Source: an uncultured Gemmatimonadales bacterium
GTDB taxonomy: Bacteria > Gemmatimonadota > Gemmatimonadetes > Gemmatimonadales > GWC2-71-9
Reading direction: 5' to 3'
Assembly: GCA_963844035.1 (NCBI GenBank)
Contig: CAWJMT010000028.1
Coordinates: 1-10,910, forward strand
DNA length: 10,910 bases
The position numbers and the translations under genes were made by a program. Positions within the stretch are counted from its first letter, which is position 1. Each line of letters opens with the position of its first letter. The notes under the pieces are model-generated. The model saw only the letters and a program-made list of their open reading frames with translations. It had not been told where the DNA came from and made no database searches. This document shows positions 1-7,706 of this stretch, in pieces.

Positions 1-25
1 ACGGGGGACGGGGGACGGGGACGGG
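1..25 (+). repeat. Short G-rich tandem repeat (ACGGGGG x2 plus two shortened units) inside thiL
   Basis: Reads ACGGGGG-ACGGGGG-ACGGGG-ACGGG; open in the thiL frame (TGDGGRGR); cut by the window edge. Confidence 0.6.
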
Positions 26-669
26 TGGATCCGGGCGTGGAGATCATGGCTGGGGTGGCGGAGGCAGCGAAGCATGTCGGCGCCAAGGTGCTGGGCGGCG
101 ACTTGGTGCGTTCGGAGCGCTACCTCGTGGATGTCTGCGTGCTCGGGACGGTGCAACGGCCCGTGCGTCGCAGCGGAGCGCAGGCCGGGGACGGCCTCTG
201 GGTGACTGGGGAGCTCGGTGGGGTAGCACGCGCGCTCGAGGGATTTCGCTCAGGAGGTGCACCCGAGGGCGCGCTGCGCGAGCGGTTTTCCCGGCCTATG
301 CCGCGCATCCCAGCGGGGCGCTGGTTGGCGCAGCACCGCGCCCGGGCCATGATCGATATCTCCGACGGGCTCGCGGCCGACGCCGGCCACCTCGCCGCCG
401 CGTCGGGGATCGCACTCGAGATTGAGCTGGAGCGGATTCCCTTGTGGTCCGGTATGACCCCGCGCGACGCGCTCGCGAGCGGTGAGGAGTACGAGCTGCT
501 GGTCGCGTTGCCGAAGGGCTTCGGGGAGCGGAGCGCGCAGGCGTTCACGCGCGCGACCGGTCTCGCCCTTACGCTCATCGGGCGTTGCGTGAAGGGCGCG
601 GGAGTGCGGCTCACCGAAGCCGGTCGTTCGATCCCGGCGCCCGCGGGCTTCGACCATTTCGCCCCATGA
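1..669 (+). CDS. thiL: Thiamine-monophosphate kinase, 5'-truncated
   Basis: Motifs VLGGD, RSGAQAGDGLWVTGELG, AMIDISDGLAAD, LASGEEYELL and C-terminal GFDHF match ThiL; frame is open from base 1. Confidence 0.93.
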   Translation, partial: TGDGGRGRVDPGVEIMAGVAEAAKHVGAKVLGGDLVRSERYLVDVCVLGTVQRPVRRSGAQAGDGLWVTGELGGVARALEGFRSGGAPEGALRERFSRPMPRIPAGRWLAQHRARAMIDISDGLAADAGHLAAASGIALEIELERIPLWSGMTPRDALASGEEYELLVALPKGFGERSAQAFTRATGLALTLIGRCVKGAGVRLTEAGRSIPAPAGFDHFAP

Positions 670-1400
670 TCCGGTTCTTCTGGGTCACCCTGATCTCTCT
701 GCCGTCCACGTTTGTGCACGCGCTCGCGGCGGTGTTGGCGGCGCTCCTGGGTGTGAAACGGCGGCCGGGCGGTGTGTACGACTGGGCCACCGTTGATTGG
801 TCGCGGGATATCCTGCGCGCCGCGGGGACGCCAGTCGTGGCCGTGGGGTTGGACCTGATTCCCCGTGACCGGCCCGTGCTCTACGCCGCGAACCACACCT
901 CGATGTTCGACATCTGGGCGCTGGCGGCGACGCTGCCGGGATCGACACGGTTCGTCGCCAAGGAAGAGCTGGGGCGGATCCCGCTCGTCGGCCTCGCGAT
1001 GCGGCGCGCGGGGCACATCATGATCGATCGCTTCAACCGGGCGCGGGCGTTCGCGGCGTACGAGCAGGCCGCCGAAACGATCCGCAGCGGCATCTCGCCG
1101 ATTGTCTTTCCCGAGGGGACGCGCAGCCGCACCGGGGAGCTGCAGCCCTTCAAGAACGCGCCGTTCGGCCTGGCGATCGCGGCCCAGGTCCCGATCGTCC
1201 CGCTGTACGTGGACGGCACCTACCGCATCCTTCCGAAGGGCGGGCTGCGGCTGCACCCGATGCCGATCCGCATCGAGATCGGGGAGCCGATCCCGACCGC
1301 CGGCCTGACCCCAGCCGATCGGGACAAATTGCGTGACCGCGTGTGGACCGCCATCTCCGGGCTCAAGGCGCGCGTTGACGCAAGCGCCCCGGTCCACTAG
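666..1400 (+). CDS. plsC: 1-acyl-sn-glycerol-3-phosphate acyltransferase (lysophospholipid acyltransferase family)
   Basis: NHTSMFD (HX4D), FVAKEEL, FPEGTRS, VPIVP motifs; ATG at 666 overlaps the thiL stop (ATGA), so it is preferred to the 585 start. Confidence 0.9.
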   Translation: MIRFFWVTLISLPSTFVHALAAVLAALLGVKRRPGGVYDWATVDWSRDILRAAGTPVVAVGLDLIPRDRPVLYAANHTSMFDIWALAATLPGSTRFVAKEELGRIPLVGLAMRRAGHIMIDRFNRARAFAAYEQAAETIRSGISPIVFPEGTRSRTGELQPFKNAPFGLAIAAQVPIVPLYVDGTYRILPKGGLRLHPMPIRIEIGEPIPTAGLTPADRDKLRDRVWTAISGLKARVDASAPVH

Positions 1401-2977
<1,577 letters not shown>

Positions 2978-3063
2978 CGCCCGGCGTCCAGGAACTAACC
3001 GTCCCCCCACGTGGTATCGCTGGTGTCGTCCTTGCCGCCCCGCCTACTCATCAAGGAGCAGCC

Positions 3064-3865
3064 ATGCGTGCAGCCAGACTGACCGCCGTTGCCGGATCGG
3101 GACTCCTGGTGTTGGTTCTGGCGTGCGGGAAGGGGGAGAAGGTGTCGTTCGGCGAGGGGATGGGAACGCCGCCTGGGCTCGCCCTCCGCCGCGCCCTCGG
3201 TCGCCTCGAGCGGCGCCATGGGCACGGCGACGATCTCGGGCCAGGTCAAGTTCTCGGGTAAGGCACCCGCCAACCCGGCGATCGACATGGCAGAGGAGCC
3301 GAAGTGCAAGAGCGAGTACTCGTCCACGCCGCACGAGCTCGTGGTCGTCGCGAACCCCAACGGGACGCTGGGGTCGGTGTTCGTGTACGTGAAGGCGGGC
3401 CTGCCGGCCGGCGCGACCTACCCTGTGCCCAGCACACCCGTGGTGATCGACCAGAAGGGGTGCATGTATCATCCCAGAGTCTTCGGCATCATGGCAGGAC
3501 AGCAGCTCGAAATCGCCAATAGCGACCCGTTGCTGCACAACATCAAGGCGCTGGGAAAGCAGAACCGTCCCTTCAACATCAGCCAACCCACGGCGGGGAT
3601 GACCACGGACCGCGTGTTCACGACTCCCGAGGTCATGGTACGGTTCGAGTGCAACGTGCACGGCTGGATGCACGCTTTCGTGGGCGTGCTGCCCCACCCG
3701 TTCTTTGCGACGACGGGGAGCGACGGCGCATTCACGATCCGGAATCTTCCAGCCGGGACCTACACGATCGAGGCGTGGCACGAGGTCTACGGTACGACGA
3801 CGGCGTCGGTGACGGTGCACGACGGTGAAGCCGCGACGGCGGCGTTGAGCTTCGCGGCCAAGTAG
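3064..3865 (+). CDS. Lipoprotein with cupredoxin-like domain and C-terminal carboxypeptidase-regulatory-like beta-sandwich; one frameshift near 3165-3178
   Basis: AAGGAG RBS before ATG 3064; lipobox VLAC; body continues in the 3089..3865 frame with DQKGCMYHPRV, NSDPLLHNI, CNVHGWM, TGSDGAFTIRNLPAGTYTIEAWHE. Confidence 0.8.
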
Positions 3866-3871
3866 GGGGCG

Positions 3872-3898
3872 GGAACCGGACTGCGCCGCGAGTGGTTT
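3872..3898 (+). promoter_or_regulatory. Putative ECF-sigma promoter
   Basis: GGAAC (3872-3876)-N17-GGTTT (3894-3898) resembles the GGAAC-N17-(C/G)GTT ECF consensus; about 30 nt upstream of the small ORF. Confidence 0.4.
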
Positions 3899-3928
3899 GA
3901 GGGAGACTACCCCAACCCTGGGGATGAC

Positions 3929-4105
3929 ATGCGCCGCAAGACGATCAAACGCAGCGTGAAACGCGCCGCCGCGCCCTGCCGGCACCGCGCGGAGAACGAA
4001 ACGGACTGGCTCGGCCGGACCTACATCGGCTGCCCTGTGTGCCGCCGTTGGAAGCTCGTGAAACCGCACGCAGCGGCGCCTGACCATCGGCGCTGGGCGG
4101 CCTAG
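3929..4105 (+). CDS. Small basic hypothetical protein (58 aa), possible zinc-binding microprotein
   Basis: Manual translation MRRKTIKRSVKRAAAPCRHRAENETDWLGRTYIGCPVCRRWKLVKPHAAAPDHRRWAA*; GGGGA upstream; fills the gap and stops right before the terminator; CxH...CxxC. Confidence 0.6.
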   Translation: MRRKTIKRSVKRAAAPCRHRAENETDWLGRTYIGCPVCRRWKLVKPHAAAPDHRRWAA

Positions 4106-4106
4106 C

Positions 4107-4151
4107 AAAAACCTGGGAGCGCAGGCGGTGTAACTGCCTGCGCTCCCTTTT
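4107..4151. terminator. Probably bidirectional intrinsic terminator
   Basis: Stem GGGAGCGCAGGCGGT/ACTGCCTGCGCTCCC (4115-4147), TTTT after it and AAAAA before it; lies between convergent genes. Confidence 0.85.
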
Positions 4152-4181
4152 AGCCTTCCTCAGTCGAACCTTCCGCAGTCG

Positions 4182-5516
4182 TCAATCGTCGTCTTCTACA
4201 TATCCCTTGTCGGCAGGTATGATCTGCGGCATCGCGTTAATCCCGATAGAAGCGTGTGGCAAGACGTGCTGAAAGACCAGGACGCAGCCTCTGCCCGCCG
4301 TGCCGCCGCCCGTTACGCACGCGCTATTGTCGGTCGAAGGGGTCGTGACCTGGCCCGCGTTGACTTGGACGACGGCGAATATCGTATTGGTTGCCGCGTG
4401 GGCGGTGGGGTTGGTCGCCTGCAGGGCGGGCACACTCTGAACCCACAGGCCCGTGGTGGCATTGATGACGCCGAGTGAGTTCACCCCGTTGGTGATGTCC
4501 ACGCCGGTGGTGTAGTAACGGTCATCGCCCGAATTGTACCACGTCTCATTGCCGCCCCCGACTTGCATGACGGCGTAGTGAGCGCCGGTGGTGGTGTTCA
4601 TGATGACCGCCTTGCCGCATCCCGGTATCACCATCGTCCCGTGCGGTGACAGCGCCGGATCATTGATGCCGAATGTGGCTCCCTGGGAGGCCCCGATCGG
4701 CGGGTTCAGCGCAAAACAATCGATCGTGTATTTCTTTTCCATCACGAACGGGCGAGTCGCCTGCGCGGGATCGATGACACCGACATACTGATCGTAGTAC
4801 GTGGCGCCTACCAATCTTCCCGACACGGCGGTCAGGAAGCGGTGCTGTGAGACGTCATACAGCGGCGCCTCCTGCCCTCTGCGATCCGTAAATGTGATTG
4901 TGCCGAGCACCGTGTACGGCGACACGGACGAAATGAACGTGCCATACGTGTCGATCGCGGCGGACCCTGCGGCGGTGTCCAGTGGGGAAGGATTCTGGAC
5001 GAAAATGATGTGATGCTCAGGGTCGTACGAGATTTCGTTGGTGCGCTGGCAGTTGTGTATGGTGCCGTTGTCGCAGGCCGCGATCGCGGTGCTGATCGAT
5101 GTCGTGATGGTCGAGGTGGCGAGGTCCACCACTCTCACGGTGGCGATGCCGTCGCTGACCCAGGCTTTGCCGTCCCCGGTAAACACGATGCTGTTGGGTC
5201 CGGAGGTGGCGGCGTTCGCCCCCGTCCCGATGAAGCCGGGCACCCGACCCACGTAGGTGCGGGCCACGGCGTCGATGATGTCCACGCCGGCGTTCGAAGG
5301 GTCGGTGAGATAGTACATGTTGCCATCGACCCAGGACTTGGTGCCGCTCAAGATGGGATTGCCCGGCACCGTGATGACCTTGACCAAGGCAACCGGGTCA
5401 TTGGGCCCGGGCACCTCCGGCGCAGTGGGCTCGTCGTCGCCGCAGGCCAGTGCGATGCCGGCGGCAACGGCAACGACGCTGAACGTAACCGTGAAATATC
5501 GTGCGAGAAGTTTCAT
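4182..5516 (-). CDS. Lipoprotein A, predicted beta-propeller (YncE/YVTN-like), 444 aa
   Basis: GGAGG RBS before ATG 5516 (MKLLARYF); lipobox ALAC; repeated blade-like strands (YYLTDPSNAGVDIID, AWVSDGIATVRVVD, ISYDPEHH, LGVINATTG); three internal Cys pairs. Fold is inferred. Confidence 0.8.
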   Translation of the reverse strand: MKLLARYFTVTFSVVAVAAGIALACGDDEPTAPEVPGPNDPVALVKVITVPGNPILSGTKSWVDGNMYYLTDPSNAGVDIIDAVARTYVGRVPGFIGTGANAATSGPNSIVFTGDGKAWVSDGIATVRVVDLATSTITTSISTAIAACDNGTIHNCQRTNEISYDPEHHIIFVQNPSPLDTAAGSAAIDTYGTFISSVSPYTVLGTITFTDRRGQEAPLYDVSQHRFLTAVSGRLVGATYYDQYVGVIDPAQATRPFVMEKKYTIDCFALNPPIGASQGATFGINDPALSPHGTMVIPGCGKAVIMNTTTGAHYAVMQVGGGNETWYNSGDDRYYTTGVDITNGVNSLGVINATTGLWVQSVPALQATNPTAHAATNTIFAVVQVNAGQVTTPSTDNSACVTGGGTAGRGCVLVFQHVLPHASIGINAMPQIIPADKGYVEDDD

Positions 5517-5691
5517 GCGAACCTCCAGTGAAAGGCCACGGCTGCCCGGCGAAGGCGCTGGACGCGCGCGGGTTGCCCGTGCGTGACGGCAACGGATGGA
5601 CGGGTGATCTCTCAATCGGGGTGGCGTCGGACGGCGGCGTCAGAGCGAGGAAGAGATGACCCAGAGCGTTCCCGGGGCCATCGGGACCTAC
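5517..5691 (-). ncRNA. Conserved structured 5' leader, copy 1 (candidate cis-regulatory RNA)
   Basis: 5572-5665 matches 7280-7373 at 85/94 nt ungapped; stem GGGUcAUCUCU/AGAGAUcACCC; begins 7 nt after a predicted -10. Confidence 0.55.
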
Positions 5692-5698
5692 AGCGTCG

Positions 5699-5726
5699 AA
5701 CCTACCGGTATTGGGGGGACCCGCAA
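5699..5726 (-). promoter_or_regulatory. Predicted sigma70-type promoter of lipoprotein A
   Basis: TTGCGG-16 nt-TAGGTT; identical geometry to the promoter of copy 2. Confidence 0.6.
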
Positions 5727-5757
5727 GGTGCTCGCGGGCGGTGTGTGGATGGTACAG

Positions 5758-5787
5758 CCGGGAGCGCAGGGTGACCTGCGCTCCCGG
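5758..5787. terminator. Perfect 13-bp hairpin downstream of lipoprotein B (terminator or stability stem, no clear U-tract)
   Basis: CCGGGAGCGCAGG-GTGA-CCTGCGCTCCCGG; shares its 11-bp arm with the 4115-4147 hairpin. Confidence 0.6.
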
Positions 5788-5799
5788 ACCACGATGTCC

Positions 5800-7195
5800 C
5801 TACTTGTGGGTCTTCGGTACGACCGTGCGTGCGAACACCACCACGCACCCCCGGCCTTTCACCACGCACCGGTTCGGTGGGCGTCGGTCGCCGCGGCGAA
5901 CAGCGCACGGGTGAAGATCTCATCCGTCTCCGCGAGGCCGACGGACTCGCACCGGCGATGTTCACCACGTTCTGTAGCCACTCGCCGGTGCGCGCGTTCA
6001 CGATGCCGAGCGACGCCTGACCAGTGGTCGGCAGGCCCGCCGCAGGTCGTTCCCGGTGACCAGGAACGTAGGGACGTCCCGTCGCTTCGGTTCATCCAGC
6101 TCTTCGTCGCCGGTCGACACCTTCGTGACGACGTTGAGCACCTCGCCGGTCCGGGCATTCATTCTGATCGGCCGGCCGCACATCTGGCCCCAGAGATTGT
6201 TGCCGCGAATGCGGTGGTTGTTGCGGCGGTGCTCGGCGCGCCGATGAGCGCCGTGCAGTCATGGCACGCGCTCCGGCTCGGTCACTCTGGTCCGGTCGTT
6301 GATGACGTGGATGAACGGGCCGCCCGGCTGGCCCGTTATCGGGAGGAGGAACCGATTCAGCTACGGCACCCACACCTGTCCCTCGACGGCCCAAGACCGA
6401 ACGTGATGTGGCCGAGCACCGGGTACGGCCACCGGGCGGAGATGAAGGTGAGGTACGAGGTGGGAGCCGCCGTGATCCCCCCGTTGTTAGTGCAATTGGC
6501 GCCCGACCGGGCACTTACGCCACGAGAGCGGGTTCGGATTCGAGACAGCGATGACGTTATGGACGGGATCGTATTCGATCTCGTTCGAGCGGCCGCAGTA
6601 GTGCGTGGTCTCGGTCCCGCCGTCGCAGTCTGAATGTCGGCGACGCTGATGGACTTGATGATCTCCAGGTCCTCCATGTCCACCACGTGCACGGTGGAGT
6701 TGCCGTCGGAGACGAACAGCACCCGGTGGGGGAGGCCGCGATTATGATGGCGGCCGAATCTATGGTCGCCGCGGGTCGGTGCCGACACGAAGCATTGGGT
6801 CCGGCGCCGTTGGTGGTGGCCGTTCCGCCGCCGGTCGTGACATTTCCTGCCATGCCGGCCGATGCGTCCCGATGAAGGTGTGAGTTCCGACATCGAACAC
6901 GTCCACGCCGTTGTTGGACGCGTCGGAGAGGAAGTAGATCGCGTTCGACTGTTCGATCCAGGTCTTCTGTGAGCTCGTCAGCGGGTTGCCGGGAATTTCG
7001 ATGGCGCAGAGGAAGTCGTAGGGGCCTCGTCCCGTCACCGCGTCCATTGAGGCGGCAGTCAGGGTTGCCGCGGTCGTGGTTCTTGTGGAGAGAGAGATCG
7101 GGTGCTGGGCCGGTCGGCTGTTGGGGGTCGCAGGCCAGGGCCAGAGCCGTGACGACGCCGGCAACAACGGTGAAACATCGTGCCATAAGTTTCAT
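5800..7195 (-). pseudogene. Lipoprotein B, paralog of lipoprotein A, broken by about 10 or more frameshifts and one in-frame TAG (pseudogene or poor-quality consensus)
   Basis: GGAGG RBS, MKLMARCFTV...ALAC; collinear homologous pieces across three frames: IEIPGNPLTSSQKTW, YFLSDASNNGVDVFD, LFVSDGNSTVHVVD, CDGGTETTHYCGRSNEIEYDP, TFISARWPYPVLGHITF, LGIVNARTGEWLQNV, GRGCVVVF; final stop at 5800-5802. Confidence 0.75.
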
Positions 7196-7397
7196 GCATC
7201 CTCCGGTGGCGGGCCCGCGGGCTGCCCGACGGCGGGACACGAAAGACGGCATTCCGTGCCCCTGCGGCCGGACGCGAGCGTTGCCCTTACGTGACGGGAA
7301 CCAATGGGCGGGCGATCTCTCGATCGGGGTGGCGTCGGACGACGGCGTCAGAGCGAGGAAGAGATGACCCAGAACGAACCGAGGCCATCGGCCCTAC
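7196..7397 (-). ncRNA. Conserved structured 5' leader, copy 2
   Basis: Homologous to 5517-5691; same core stem with a U-A to U-G change; extra hairpin at 7234-7262. Confidence 0.55.
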
Positions 7398-7404
7398 GAA
7401 GGAA

Positions 7405-7432
7405 AACATACGTCTCATGAAGGAACCCGCTA
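7405..7432 (-). promoter_or_regulatory. Predicted sigma70-type promoter of lipoprotein B
   Basis: TAGCGG-16 nt-TATGTT, then 7 nt, then GTAGG as in copy 1. Confidence 0.55.
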
Positions 7433-7552
7433 GATGTCTCGGTGAGCGATTCATCGAGGCGCAGGTGGGGTTGTTGCACGATCGCTACATGTAGAGGTGC
7501 CGTCCCTCCCGTCGAGTCAGGTGATCCGCTAAGTTCTTCCGCGCCACTCCCT

Positions 7553-7626
7553 GGCGGCGTAGCTCAGCTGGCTAGAGCAGCGGAATCATAATCCGCGGGT
7601 CGTCGGTTCGAGTCCGACCGCCGCTA
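7553..7626 (+). tRNA. tRNA-Met (CAT), elongator type; CCA not encoded
   Basis: Cloverleaf: acceptor GGCGGCG/CGCCGCT, D-stem GCTC/GAGC, anticodon stem GCGGA/TCCGC with loop ATCATAA, T-arm GTCGG-TTCGAGT-CCGAC, discriminator A. Confidence 0.96.
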
Positions 7627-7632
7627 TTCCCG

Positions 7633-7667
7633 CCAGGCCCCCGCGCAATCGGGGGCCTGGTGCTTCT
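7633..7667 (+). terminator. Hairpin downstream of the tRNA, probable terminator
   Basis: 11-bp stem CCAGGCCCCCG/CGGGGGCCTGG followed by TGCTTCT (weak U-tract). Confidence 0.6.
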
Positions 7668-7706
7668 ACCTCCTCCCGAAAGGCGGGTGCGCAGCTGCGC
7701 GCACTG

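Noticed and set aside
5530..5590. Resemblance of GUCACGCACGGGCAAC...GGCAGC to c-di-GMP-I riboswitch segments
   Set aside because: It lacks the GNRA-capped P2 and the GACGCAAA junction/receptor in both copies, so it cannot be called by eye; cmscan would settle it.
5517..5615. Longer N-terminus of lipoprotein A given by the ORF track (start 5615)
   Set aside because: The RBS, signal peptide and paralog comparison all place the start at 5516.
5640..5681. Possible leader peptide MAPGTLWVISSSL on the minus strand
   Set aside because: The frame is not conserved in copy 2 (1-nt indel), there is no clear RBS, and there is no run of regulatory codons. Worth revisiting if copy 2 has a sequencing indel here.
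6361..6363. In-frame TAG as pyrrolysine or recoding
   Set aside because: It sits in a gene with many other disruptions, TAG is used as a normal stop elsewhere in the window, and no pyl genes are visible.
5656..6633. 325-aa plus-strand ORF starting at GAGGAAGAG-ATG within the conserved leader
   Set aside because: It lies antisense to lipoprotein B. The equivalent ATG in copy 2 gives only an 18-aa peptide sharing just MTQ, so coding potential does not explain the conservation.
7553..7626. CAT-anticodon tRNA as tRNA-Ile2 (the TilS substrate, given nearby tilS) or as initiator tRNA
   Set aside because: It has G2-C71/C3-G70 and G4/G5 rather than the C4-G69/C5-G68 pairs described for E. coli tRNA-Ile2. 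It also lacks the C1:A72 mismatch and three consecutive G-C anticodon-stem pairs, so elongator Met fits best.
4107..7626. tRNA-anchored genomic island or mobile element
   Set aside because: No integrase or transposase and no duplicated tRNA 3' end were seen, and the accessory genes lie 5' of the tRNA.
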